Source of the DNA: Mobula hypostoma
Lineage: Eukaryota
Assembly: GCF_963921235.1 (NCBI RefSeq)
Contig: NC_086097.1
Coordinates: 210,740,001-210,804,000, forward strand
Reading direction: 5' to 3'
DNA length: 64,000 nucleotides
Shown: positions 39,701-52,945 of the stretch, piece after piece
Layout of the letters: the number at the start of each line of letters is the position of its first letter
Numbering within the stretch: position 1 is the first letter of the stretch
The notes under the pieces: model-generated
Seen by the model: the letters and a program-made list of their open reading frames with translations, nothing else
Told to the model about the DNA's origin: nothing
Databases searched by the model: none
Program-made: the position numbers and the translations under genes

Positions 39701-41604
39701 TTTTTTCTATGATACAGGAGCAGCTGTATGTTGTATGTTGAGAGTCAACTGGACAAGAGAAGTATTAGAAGTATTAGAAGCATTAGAAGTAGTCAAGAGG
39801 AAAGATTGCACGTTTAACAAGAAATAACAGTTCCAAACTAATGCTGTTGCTTATCGCTTTTCTTTGCCTGCTCCATTAAAACCTCAAGCTTTTTGTTGCT
39901 TCCAGTCCCTTTCTTCAAAGAGCTGCCAACTCCGCTCCTCCCACTATATTTCCTGCCTCCTGATCATAACCCATGTAGGGCATCTGTCCAAATCTGCCAA
40001 AACACCAAGTCAACACAAAGGATATCAGCTCATGATAAAGGTATACTACTTCACCCAATGCACTCAAAATAAAAACAGCTTCCAAATTCATGGCACATGA
40101 GGACTACTTAAGAAACACACTTTTTACTGATTACCACTCATCATTTTATTTTTGATTCTTTTCTCAGCTAGCTTTGCCATAATAGCCGTTTGCTTTGTCA
40201 CTCTTTACAGTCACATAGCTGTGGATCATGTTTGTAGTTAATTAAGCTTGTTGTCGTCTATGGACTTCTGAGAAGTCGATTCCTCAAAAGTCATTGAAAA
40301 AGCAGGAGACATTGTTGAATGTGAAATCAATTTCACAGAATGACTGCTGAGATCAAATAAGAGGTGGACTTAAAATGCTCCGCATTGCAGAGAATACTAC
40401 TGTAGGACTCAATGAATTGAGTGCATGATAGGAAAGAAGCAGACAAATAAAGTCACTTCACTTCATTTAATCAGAATTGATAGTCAGTGTGCAGTCTGTT
40501 CTTGCAGTGTGAACACAGCCCTGTGGTTCTCAGCTGCAGTGATTCATTGTACATTAAGCTGTTAGATCTGCAGCTTCTGCTTTTTTGGAGTGATTTCCTC
40601 AGGAGCACAAAATGAAGATCTTTAAGAGCTTTTTAAAAAATTGCCTTTGCTCATCATAGTTCATAAAATTCCACAAATGCATAATCAAATTTGCATGAGT
40701 ACTTGTGAGCAGCATTTTCTCAAATAATAGCTTCTTAGTCACTATTTCCTCTGGAATGAGCAATGCGTTCTGCAGGTGTGAGATAAAGAAGCCTGCCTAC
40801 AGCCACGCGTTACTGTGACCAGGCTCAATTCTGTTGAGCTGATGACACTTATTTAAAACTACATAATGCCATTGAATGTAATATTTAAAGCTTCCCATCC
40901 GACAACAGGGACAGCGATGGTTGGAAATGTTTTGTTAACCAATTGGACAACAGGAAAATGTTTCAAGCATGTTCAACGTGACCTTGCTTTTTGAGAGATT
41001 TTGCAAATATAATTTTAACTTGTTTGCAAGAAATGTGATGTATTGATGTAAACTGTAACAATAAAAAAAATTTAACTTGATGCAGTGGTACATTCCTTAG
41101 CAGCTCTCTAACAGAAAAGTCTTGGCTCCCCAGTTTGAATGCTCACAGGTATATGCTCCTCTGCACATACACATACATGCTCCTCTGCCCTGTCTTAGCT
41201 TCCCATGACCAATGACCCACCTAATATTGCTGAGAGGGCTGGTATTAGGTAGGCTGGTGCAGGCAGTGTGTCCCGTCACCACCGGGACTTGGGGCTGTAA
41301 CTTAGTCAAGACCATAACAAGGGCCATTATTGAGATATCATATTGACAGATCAGAGATTTCTCCACAATGGCAAACCAAGTGGCTGGTGACTACAACTGA
41401 GTTTTTCACCCACAGGGAGATCTCCAGGACAGCAGAATTCATGCAGCCAAAGAGAGGTGCAGAGAACATCCTCCATCCCATCCCATCCAGCATGAGGTAG
41501 GTGAGAGAAACTATGGACCTGCGCAGTCTGCCAGTATGAAGAAGGTGCTGCCAGTCCCTTGAAATGGGCAGCACTCACTGTACTGAGTAAAGTCAGAGAG
41601 GAAA

Positions 41605-42100
41605 ATGGTCCAGAGGAGGTTTACAAGAACGATTCCAGGAATGAAAGGGTTAATGTATGAGGACCATCTCTAGCCTTGTACTCACTGAAATTCAGAAGAA
41701 TAAGGGAGTATGTCAATGAAACCAACTGAATATTGGAAAGCCTAGATATAGCGGACATAGACAAGATGTTCCCAATAGTGGGGGAGTCTAGGGTCAGTGG
41801 CGCGGCCTCAGAATGTAAGGGATTACCTTTAGGTCAAAGATGAGGAGGAATTTCTTTAGCCAGAGGGTGAAGAATCTGTGGAACTCATCATCCAGGTGGC
41901 TGTAGATGCAAAGTAATTGGGTATACTTAGAGCAGAGGTTTATAGGTTCTTGATTGGTAAGGCTGTCAAATGTTATAGGCAGAAGGCAGGAGAACGAGGT
42001 TGAGAAGGAAAATAAATCAGTCATGAATGAGTGCCAGAGAAGAGTTGATGGGCTAAATGGCCTATCCTGCTCCTATTTCTTATGTCTTCTGGCCTTCTGG
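41605..42100 (+). mobile_element. CR1 3' fragment
   Basis: VQRRFTRTIPGMKGL and a CR1 3' UTR. Confidence 0.8.
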
Positions 42101-43104
42101 TTTAAGGTACAGTTCTGAGCCCCAAAGCTCAGTGTTGAGTGACCATAACCTTAGCATCATTTCACTCCCTCCCAGCCTTCTCCACATTATACCATAGTGT
42201 GATACATTGCTGAATTCATGCCAGGATCCCAGCATCTAGGTTCTTGCTGTAGCAGTACAGAGGATGGGATTTTGCACCAAACCCCCAGCACAATAGGGCA
42301 GTCAGTAACATCAATCTATCTACATTGCAATAATGACTTCTGTTATCACTGGGTCCAATTGTGCTCTCACTCCTAGGAATGATCCTGTGCATGTAAGCAA
42401 GATATCAATGTAATAAAGAACTAGGAAATGAACAAGTGAGTATCTCTCAATTAAAGTGATTTGTGACAGTATTCAGTTATTGAATCTGCTATGTCATTGG
42501 ACTACAATTGCATTGAAAAGGACTGTTTGTGTGGCCACTGCAAAAGCTTCAGTTGTGCCTGCGACATCCAGAACAAAGGTGAAGGGTCAGAGGAACTGTG
42601 GGATTAGGTAAATGCTTTGTTTTGAAACAACTACTGCCAACGTGGAAATATGTTCACTTTGTTGGCAGATGACTTGCATTTCTAAGATACAGCAAAAATG
42701 CATTAATTCAACTAGCAGAGATTTTATGAAGTTGGTGGTGTAGGTTTTGAAGTTGTGAGGTTAACAAACAATAGTGAAGAGGCAGCCCCATTATCTTGCT
42801 CCAGCTTCTTATTTCAATTGGCTTTGCTCTGTATTCGTCAGGGACTCCACTGTGCTCTTGAAGAATACTGCAGCCACATTTCCATTCACCTTTTCTTGGT
42901 TCTGATTACCTTTTCCCCACCTCCCCTTTCAGGAAAAACATTCTGATATTTAATTTGGATGTTTTCTCTATCAAGGTTTGGGTGTATTTGATATTACATG
43001 AAGCAAATTTGAATCTTTTATTCCTGTATTTTATAAAGAAGGTCAATAATCTTCACAGCTATTTTCTTGTTTTCTTCCTAACTACAGACACTTAAAACAC
43101 AGCC

Positions 43105-44468
43105 TGTCATGGTCCGGTCCATAAGTCCGCATTCCGGTTCACGGTCTGGTCCGTGAACTCAGGACTCTGGGTCTTCCAGCTGTCCCTTGTTTCGGTTGGG
43201 TTAATCATAGGCACCTGATTCCCAGACAAGGCTATTTTGGTTGCTTGGAGATTCAGAACAATTAAACAGTATTAGAATATTTGAGCAAAATAGCAGGTAG
43301 CGATCAAAGGAACAGTTTCATTTTAACAATTATTCTTGGGGCTTGGAATATAAGTGGCCTTGGGGTCGAGTGTGGGCTGCTGGATTGCCTTGTCAAGATT
43401 CCCTGGGAGCAACCAGCCGGTTGAAGGCTAGAGCGGCCGCTTGCCATCTTTAGGTCGCGTTGGAGAACCATTGCTTCATGGAGCCTTGCTCTCAGTAGTC
43501 GGAGCTGTCTTTGCGGTATGGATTCCCGGGCCAGCTGAGTGGCTGTCAGCCACTCTGAGCTAGGTAGGGATCTGGCTGTTTCCGTAGCCAGCCGAGGTTG
43601 CTGGCCGTAACTGCGACTCGGAGCAACCCCGATGCAGAGATGGAACAATCTGTCGTTCTTCGGTGTTTGTCTCTTCTTGTCCTTGCCTCCATGGGGTAGA
43701 TCAGGCTGTTCTGCCATTGCCCTGCGGGGGGATTTGTCTTGTCTTGTCTGTGCCTCTGTTGGATAAGTCCAGCCATTCTGTCGTGACTCGATGGATGGAC
43801 CTGTCCCACCTTGGTGTGGAGATAAAGATGAGTCCCGGCTTTTCAAAGGATAAGTCCCGGCTCTATGCTGATGTTCAGTCCCCATTCTGTCTCCGAGCTC
43901 CAGCCTCCGAGTTATCAGCCTCCGCATTTCAGGACCCCAGCGTCCAGCCTCAAGCCTCAAGACCCCAGCCCGCAGCCTCGAGCCTCAAGACCCCAGCCTG
44001 CAGCCTCAAGCCTCAAGACCCCAGTCTGCAGCCTCGAGCACCAAGCCCCAAGACCCCTGCCTCAAGCCTCAGGACCCAAGACACCAGCCTCAAGTCTCAA
44101 GCCTCTAGACCCCAGCTACGTCCAGTCCTGTAGACATGTCATGTCCTTGCCAAGTCCTGGGGGCTGAGTCCGAGGCAAGAACCAAGTTCTGGGTCCTGGT
44201 CCAGTCTCTGGCTCGGAGTCCAAGCACAAGCTCCTAGTTCATGGTTCCTAGTCCTGGTCTCGCTTTCCCAAGCCCAGGCTCCTAGTTCATAGTTCCTTGT
44301 CCGGGTTCCCTGTCTCGTCCATGTCCTAGCCCAAGTCTGCGTTCTTGTCCCTGCTCTTTGTCTGTATCCTTTCACGTCCCTACTCTAGTCAAGTCCTGTT
44401 CCTAGTATTTCAGTGTCTGTGTCTGTGTCTTGCACTTGGGTCCGTTCTCAATGCCCCCCATCGTGACA
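43105..44468 (+). mobile_element. Solo LTR (Gypsy-type termini) with an internal minisatellite
   Basis: TGTCA...TGACA termini and perfect 5-bp TSD cagcc (43100-43104, 44469-44473). cagcctcaagcctcaagaccc repeats at ~43930-44115. Confidence 0.9.
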
Positions 44469-45285
44469 CAGCCATCCTCAGCTTCACATCCTCTGAAAAA
44501 AATCCAAAGCCCATTGTACCCATCCATTTTAATTCAGTAAAGTTTAAGGGTTAACTTCTTAACAATGATTTTTCTTTTTCTCTCAGTTCTTTTTCTTCCT
44601 TCCATTTCTTCAGAGTTTTGAAACCTAATTTTGACTTTACCAATATTGAAATACAGCTTTTAAAATTTACTCCTATATTATATTTTTATTAATTTTACTC
44701 ACGACAATGCCCTAGAAAATGCCGTGCATTAAATAGAAATTCTTAAATCCATATAAATGAAACAATTGCAGGGGGATTAACTGCAGATGATTGATCAAAT
44801 GATTAGCCAAGCATTAGTTTTTTTTGGAACAGTCTGTGCTACCAATGATAATGTGATTTGGATTATGTAAATCATATTTATAATTAACTTGTTAAATAGC
44901 AATCCAATTCAAATGCAAATTAGAGTGAATTTTTTATGTAAATGATATTTTCATTTACATATCCTGTTTTAATCAAATTAAGATTACAAGCAAAAAAGTA
45001 CTAACACAGTTGTAAGAGGAATACTGCAAATACTCCCGAGTCCTGCTAAAATTTGTGAACTACAGGACACATGACAGGAATTAAAGAAAATATAAAATTA
45101 TGAGTTAAAAAATGCCCCAAATTTCATAGTACTGTAGGTAATAAACAACCATGGTTTGAGATTGGTAGGAGAAGAGTATGGTTTAATCAACATGCCAGTA
45201 TAGGCTAGTAAAATCAAAGCTGTGGCTGTATCATGAAGTAGATTATCTGTGAATTGGATTTGACCCTGAGAAGTGGAGTAGACTT

Positions 45286-45423
45286 TTCTTTAATTTGAAA
45301 AATATAATTTATTCATAAAATATAGGAAAGAAATACAATATAATCAGTTGACATCTGCATTATCAGTACTGTCAATGTATTCTCTTATCAATACCACTTA
45401 TAATTTCTCCTTAAACAATGCCC
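45286..45423 (-). mobile_element. Probable L1/Tx1-type 3' tail
   Basis: Minus strand ends gaataaattatatttttcaaattaaagaaaa, similar to the Tx1 tail at 62073-62100. Confidence 0.4.
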
Positions 45424-45424
45424 C

Positions 45425-47760
45425 CGTCGCCTACGTCTCCGAGCATACTTCTTTGGCAAGGATTCCCCTCCCCCGACTGATGACCCCTTCTCCTGTCTTC
45501 AACCCTCCTCCTCCTCCTGGACACCCTGCCTGGGACTTCTACCTGCACGATCTCTTCATCTCCAACTGTCGCCGAGACATCAACCGTCTCAACTTCACGA
45601 CTCCTCTCTCCTGTTCCAACCTCACTCCCTCTGAACGCACTGCCCTCCACTCTCTCCACACTAATCCAAACCTCACCATCAAACCTGCTGACAAAGGTGG
45701 TGCTGTAGTAGTCTGGCAGACGAACCTCTACCTCACTAAGGCCAAACGGCAGCTCTCTGACACCTCCTCTTACTTACCCCTGGAACAGGACCCCACCAAA
45801 AAACATCAAACCATTGTCTCCTGTACCATCCCTGCCCTTATCAACTCCGGAGACCTTCCATCCTCAGCCGCTAAACTCATTATTCCCACACCCCGTACCG
45901 CTTGGTTTTACCTCCTCCCCAAGATACACAAGCCTGACTGTCCAGGTAGACCCATAGTTTCTGCCTGCTCCTGTCCCACCGAACTTGTATCTGCCTAACT
46001 GGACTCAATTTTGTCACCCATAGTTCAGTCTCTCCCCACCTATATCCAGGATACATCCCATGCCCTCCACCTCTTCAATAACTTCCAGTTCCCCAGTCCC
46101 AACCGCTTCATTTTTACTATGGATGTCCAATCCTTATACACCTCCATTCCCCATCAAGAAGGCCTCAAAGTCCTCCGCTACTTCCTGGATAATAGACCTC
46201 ACCAGTTCCCCACCACCACTACCCTCCTCTGGTTGGCGGAACTGGTTCTCACACTTAATAACTTCTCTTTTGGCTCTTCCCACTTTCTTCAGACCAAGGG
46301 TGTAGCTATGGGAACTCGCATGAGCCCCAGCTATGCCTGCCTCTTCATTGGTTATGTGGAACAGTCTGTGCTCCAAACCTATACTGGTACTGCTCCCCAA
46401 CTTTTCCTTCAGTACATTGACGACTACATTGGTGCTGCTTCCCGCACCCATGCTGAGCTCATTAATTTCATCGACTTTACTTCAAACTTCCACCCAGCCC
46501 TCAAATTCACTTGGTCTATCTCTGACACTTCTCTCCCCTTTCTCGATGTCTCAGTCTCCATCTCTGGAGACGGACTGTCCACTGACATCTTCTTTAAGCC
46601 CACTAACTCTCATAACTACTTCGACTATACCTCTTCCCGCCCCACCACATGTAAAAATGCCATTCCCTATTCCCAGTTCCTCCGTCTCTGCCGCGTCTTC
46701 TCGCAGGATGAGACTTTCCGTTCCAGGACATCTCAAATGTCCTCTTTCTTGAAGGATCGTGGTTTCCTTTCTACCGTCATCAATGATACCTTCACCTGCA
46801 TCTCCTCCATTCAGGCACTTTGGCCCTCAAACCATCCTCCCGCCACCACAACAGGGACAGAGTTCCCCTTGTTTTCAACTACCACCCCACCAGCCTCCAG
46901 ATCCAGCACATTATCCTCCGCAACTTCCGCCACCTTCAACAGGACCCCACCTCTAAGCATATCTTTCCCTCTCCACCTCTCTCCGCTTTCCGCAGGGATC
47001 GGTCCCTCTGTGACTCACTTATCCACACGTCCCTCCCCACAGATCTCCCACCCGGCACTTATCCCTGTAAGCATAAGTGCTACACCTGTCCCTACACCTC
47101 CTCTCTTGCCTCCATTCAGGGCCCCAAACAGTCCTTCCAGGTGAGGCAACACTTCATTTGTGAGTCTGTTGGGGTCATCTATTGCATCCAGTGCTCCCGG
47201 TGTGGCCTCCTCTACATCGGTGAAACCCGACGCAGATTGGGGGACCGCTTCGTCAAGCACCTCCGCTCCATCTGCCACAACAGACAGGATCTCCCAGTAG
47301 CCACCCACTTCAACTCTGCTTCCCACTCCCATTCAGATATGTCCATGCATGGCCTCCTCTACTGCCATGATGAAGCTAAACTCAGGTTGGAGGAGCAACA
47401 CCTCATATACCGTCTAGGTAGTCTCCAGCCCCTTGGTATGAACATTGAATTCTCCAACTTCCGGTAATTCCCTCCCCCTCCCTTCCTCTATCCCTATTTC
47501 ACTCTGCCCCCTCCCCCAGCTGCCTATCACCTCCCTCATGGTTCCGCCTCCTTCTACTACCCATTGTTTTCCTATCACCTCCCTGCTTCCCCTCCCCCAC
47601 CCCTTTGTCTTTCAAATTACTGGTTTTTCAACTGAACCTACCAGCCTTATCCTTCCAACCCTCTCCCACCTTCTTTATAGGGCCTCTGCCCCTTCCCTCT
47701 TCAGTCCTGATGAAGGGTTCTGGCCCGAAACATTGACTCATCGTTTCCACGGATGCTGCT
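45425..47760 (+). mobile_element. Penelope-like element (Neptune-type), 5'-truncated: RT, Cys linker, GIY-YIG endonuclease, pLTR
   Basis: IKPADKGGAVVV, FYLLPKIHKPDCPGRPIVS, MDVQSLYTSIP, GVAMGT, YIDD; linker CKHKCYTC; GVIYCIQCSRCGLLYIGET. The ORF ends at 47467 and is broken by a stop and frameshifts. Confidence 0.95.
47703..47738 (+). ncRNA. Minimal type I hammerhead ribozyme motif in the PLE pLTR (cleavage site decayed)
   Basis: Stem I agtc/gact; core CTGATGA (47707-13); stem II ggg/ccc; GAAA (47727-30); then CATT where CGTC is expected (two CpG-type transitions). Confidence 0.8.
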
Positions 47761-48902
47761 AGACAGGCCCCAACATTTCAGTGTCCAGTCCTAATAGAAT
47801 CTGTGGTAGCAGCACTGAGATTCAATGTGGTTCTCAGCACATCTTCCTACATGCTGGAATGTGCCAGCCAGCAACACTTGCTGACTGACATCTCCATACA
47901 TTGGAAGATCAACAAACTTTGAGCAGACAAAACTGTGTCCTTTACTAAGTAGATCACCTTCCAAGAGCAACAGCTGATGTTTGCTTTCATATGCATCTCC
48001 GAGAATGCCTACATGTCAGAGAGTCCAGGACAAACCTCAACAAGGACCACTGGTTTTCATACATTTTTGGCAAATATACAATCATCATACATTTTGCCGT
48101 TGATTTTGATTAGGTCACATGGGAGCTGAAAAGATTTTTCTACCTGCTAAAGAACTGGGAGACTGAGCTCTGTTGCCCCAGATCCATCATCAAGTCATTT
48201 TTTTAAAGCTTAACTTTTGGATGATGATCTCTTGCAATCCATATTTGAACTATGGAATAGATGCATTATGTCTCATGCTTGACTGAGTGTATCTAGACCA
48301 ACTTTGGGAGCATGGATAGACAACACCAGTGTATCAAGGGATCCATATAATTGTTAAAAACTCAATATGCATATGTAAATGACATGATGTCTGTTTCGAA
48401 TATAAGCCCTTGAAACCAATTTCATCAATATACCAGACAATGCTTTTCTAGCACGAGAAGTGCAAAGTGGTGTTGAATGTGGAATTTGGAGAATGGGCAG
48501 TGTTTCATGCCAATTAAACTGACCTAGGTAGCCCCTCTCAAGCCAATTGCTAAAGAACTTAGGGATATTCAAAACCTACTGAACACAAATTAATATATGT
48601 ATACACTAAAATGACTAATTTAGAATTTATAAAGAGTCAATTAATTAAAACACATATAAAGTATTAACAACTTTAAGGCAAAGAATTAATTAAAAATATT
48701 TTAAATTGCCTTCAACTTAATTTCCTCCCTCACAGTTATTTCTCTCCATTTAATGGTCAGGAATTGCTGCATGTTAATGGTCCACCACTGGAGCCCAGCA
48801 TTAAACCTCAGCAGAGAAATTAACAACAGTGTTCAACTAATAAGTTCAGGTCTTTGATGTAAAACGTCTCACCAAGTTTTCATATTGTAGATCACAATGG
48901 GA

Positions 48903-49170
48903 TGGCATCGTAGCATGGCGGTCAGCATAAAGCTACTACAGCACTAGTGATCACTGACCCGGGTTCATTTCCTGCTTCTACCTGTCAGTGGTTTGTACAT
49001 TCTCCCCATGACCATGTTGGTTTCTTCTGGGCTTCCCCCCATATTCCAAAGGTGGACAGTTAAGATTAGTAAGTTGCATGGCAATATGGTGGACTGCGCA
49101 GAACAATCCTCACGGTATGTTTTAATGTTTCAATGTACATGTGACAAATAAAGCAAGTCCTTATCTTAAT
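48903..49170 (+). mobile_element. V-SINE copy
   Basis: tRNA-like head (tagcatggcgg; gggttcatttcc), V domain gtttgtacattctccccatgaccatg, and tail gtgacaaataaagc. Confidence 0.75.
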
Positions 49171-52100
49171 CTTTGTAAAAATGATACACAGTGGACTCAG
49201 AATTTCTTTAGTATTTGATCTCAAGTACTTCCTCTGAAGTCCCATAAGTCTGTTTTGTCATCTTCCCTGGCTCATTTGCTGATCTGCCTTCTCATTACCT
49301 GTATCATTGCCATTCAACCTCAACTTGTGGTAGTAAGTTTTCCTTCCAAGCACTGACAGCAGAGATCCTGAAGATGCTGGAAATTTTGAACATCGCGCAA
49401 ATTCTGGAAGAATTCTGCAGGTCAGGTGTCATTTATGGTAGGGAGTAAACAGTTGATGTTTCAGACCATTGCTAAATAGAGAAAATTTATTGATGAATTT
49501 CTTATTTATGGCTCCTGGTTTAGTGTTCCCTGACACTTACTGTAGCAACTCTGTCAAACCCTTTCAGAGTACCTTCACTGTAGCAACTCTGTCAAACCCT
49601 TTCATACATCTAAAGGTCTATGACACATTCCACCTTTCCTGATTGAGGTGACTTTTGAGTTTTCTATTTTTCCTCCTACTTTCCTACGGTCACCCTCTAC
49701 CCACACTACTCAACCTCCCCTAACTCCTGTACTTGCTTAAAACCTGTTAGATTTATTTTTCCAGTTTCTGTCTCCACAATCATTGCCTGACTAGCTGAAT
49801 GTCTTTCCCATCTTTATTTCAGTCCTGGTGCTATTCTTCTCAAGTATTCTTGCTCATTTTCCAGATTTTACAAATAGGAGGCTATAACAGAGAAGTATTT
49901 CTTTGCCTTCACCACTGCAAACACTTCTATAAAGTTGGGGCAAAGATGATGGAAGTGCGCCCCTGCGATTTTCACTCTTGTCGGGCCATTATGATGTTTT
50001 TTCGAGTCTACTGACCTTATCATACTTTTTAACCTTCTAACATTTTCATGTTGTTTTACACTATGTTATAAACATGCATTGCAAATTAGCTTTAATTACA
50101 ATGTGCAGATTGTAGCACTGCTGTGAGCTGTGTTTAATGATGGTGAAGTGTACATAATTGTGTATCATACAGAACAGTAATGAGAAATCAAGCTAAGACG
50201 ATCTCAGGTTATAATTTAATGTCCAAATAAATATGGTTCCAACACAATAAATTACTGTACAGAAAGAATGAAACAGGAGAGCAAACATCTAATCTCACCA
50301 CTCCAAGCAGAAATGTGATGTTGAATTGAAGATACTGCGCTACTTTACCTGTACATAAATGCTTTGCTCATCAATGCACACCTACCTACACGATGAATCA
50401 ATCAATCAGACAGTGTGTAATGAATAGGTAGATTAGGAGGTAAAGTTCAATTTTACCATAATTTCTCCGAAATATCCTGCTTAACAGACAAAAATTCAAA
50501 GTTTGTGAATATAAAAAAAAGCTGGGAGTTGAAGTTTAGAATTTATCCACTTGATTCAATGCCAAAGCACAATAAAGGCAGCCTGCACACTAAGACTTGA
50601 AGCTACACTGTCACTACCTCAGTTCCACTGCCTGCAAGAGCTCTCTACTGAGGACTGCTGTAGGTATCGAGACTCACCCTTCCACTACCACATTGTAAAT
50701 ACTTCAGACTTCTGGTGTGAAAGCCAGTGCTTCTAAATGTTTAAACCAAATCCAGGCAAATTTATACAATACCTAAGAGATGCCACAGACCCCTTCTAAA
50801 CTGCTTACACTAAATCTTGGTTCTTTAGTTGTAAATACATCTGCAACAAGGAAAAGCTTCCAACTTCTACCTTGTTTACTGTATGCTTCTCACAATATTA
50901 CTCAGCTCCTCTGCTTCAAGGAAAACAGAACTCCCTCATAAATGAAATGTATTCTACCATGTTACATCCTGCTGAATTTTCTTTTCAACCTCATCTAACG
51001 CATTTCACACTTGTAACCAAGGATGAATTGTTAGACAACATTGCCCAGTATTACTTTCCAGAGTGCAAAATCAGCAAGCAGGTCTCGCGCAGTTCCCCAA
51101 ACAATGTTGGATGAAAATACTTCTTGTATTTTGCCTGAAGATAGAATAAGATTCATAACCAAGATCAATTAGTTCACCTTTATTTATCACAGCCATTTGA
51201 CTGGATACACAAAGCTCCTTCATTCTAATTAGGTAGATCAATACATGATTGAAGAGGAGCATAAAAGCTTTTGGTAACAAACGATTCTGCTTTAATATAC
51301 AGTAAATGCACAAAAAAGAGGCACAGAAGGTTACATATCTAGATTTAACATGTGTTAGTGACACATGTTTTCCATATGTTAAAGACAAGGCTACTTTGGT
51401 TGCTTGGAGATTCAGAACAATTGAGCAGAATTAGAATATTTGAGCAAAATAGCAGGTAGCAATCAAAGGAGCAGTTTCATTTTAACAATTATTCTAATGC
51501 TAACTTGCAAGAAAATTATTGTCAATCAATAAACAGGCTGCGCAATTGAAATTTTTATATAGAAAAACACTGGATTACATTGCATTGTACAAAATTTGTG
51601 TTGAACATTCTAAAGTGCTCTCAAATTATTTTAAATGCCACTAGGGTGTTATAGAACTGATTTTAATTTCTAATAGTTTGCTTTAATGTTATTTTGAATA
51701 TTGAGAATTACAGAACCTAAGCACTTTTTAAAAGTCCAGGTTTGTGCTTTTTATAAACAGGCTGCAGCCAAGCATGGTCAATGGGTACATTTCCAGTGTA
51801 CAATGTGCTGATGCTGCATTATAATGTTGCTGACCAAGGATAAATTTCTAAATAATTCTTCCCTAATCTTCCTCATGTGACACGAGAGGAGATTCTCTTT
51901 CAAAGAAAATAGATATGCAAAGTAAATTGTGCGGTAAAGCAAATTGTGATGCGGAACTCTTGACAGTTTGTCAATCCATGCAGCACTTTGCCTGCTATCA
52001 ATTTTGAGAAAAGCATGATTAGCCTTTTCAGATCTGCTTTATCTTCCAGAAAAAGTAATTTGTAAATGCTTTAGGCAAAAAAAAAATGACGGTAGTCAGT

Positions 52101-52641
52101 TATTTCAGGAATATTGTAGACAGTTATCATGTATTTATGTTTTTTTTTCATCACACTGAGCACAAGGGCAAATGGGGATGATATTGGTATGTGTTTGGGA
52201 ATCTCATACTAGGGTTAGTCTTCTGAAACTGTGGAGTATTTTGGTCACTGGTCATTGCTCTTTCATGTTGCTCATGAAAGCTTAACTGAGGAATGGCCTC
52301 ATGTGCATGTGACCCTGGTGGGAGGGTGTTTTAGTCACTAGGCCTATAGAACATACTGTACTGTGCAAAAATCTTAGGCACCCTAGATTTATATTTATAT
52401 GGTTTCAGAGGGTGTGGCCTCCACAGAGCGCTGATCACAACATCGGGGCTCTCTGGAATTACCTGGAGAGACAGAAGCAAGTGAGACAGCCAAAGTCTGC
52501 AGAAGAAATGTGGCAAGTTCCCCGAGGTGCTTGGAACAATCTAACAGCCAATTTTCTTATGAAACAGCACGACAGCATACCAAAGAGAATTGATGCAGTT
52601 CAAAAGGCAAAGGGTGGTCATACCAAATATTGATTTGATTT

Positions 52642-52863
52642 ATGCAACACACACAGACTGCTGGAGGATCTCAGCAGGCCAGGCAGCATCTATGGAAAGA
52701 AGTATCAACGTTTTGAGCTGAGACCCTTCATCAGCCCTGACAAAGGGTCTTGGCCTGGAACGTCAACTGTACTCTTTTGCATGGATGCTGCCTGACCTGT
52801 TGAGATCCTTCAGTATTTTGTGTGAGTTACTTGGATTTCCAGCACCTGCAGATGTTCCCTTGC
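52642..52863. mobile_element. Palindromic Penelope pLTR mini-element with a 14-bp TSD
   Basis: TSD tattgatttgattt at 52628-52641 and 52864-52877. Inverted pLTR arms meet at tcatcag-cc-ctgacaa. Confidence 0.88.
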
Positions 52864-52945
52864 TATTGATTTGATTTGTTTTTTTTCACTGTTTGCTACT
52901 CTTTATAGTAAATTTTTTAATAGTTAAAAACTTTTCATTACTTTG

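Noticed and set aside
43304..44375. Long ORFs on both strands with repetitive peptides
   Set aside because: They arise from the stop-poor minisatellite inside the solo LTR.
47770..48340. Old RTE-like fragment on the minus strand
   Set aside because: Only faint motif resemblance; too decayed to call without a profile search.
49539..49604. 28-bp direct repeat with a 10-bp spacer, superficially CRISPR-like
   Set aside because: Only two units, spacer far too short, eukaryotic context and no cas genes; a simple local duplication.
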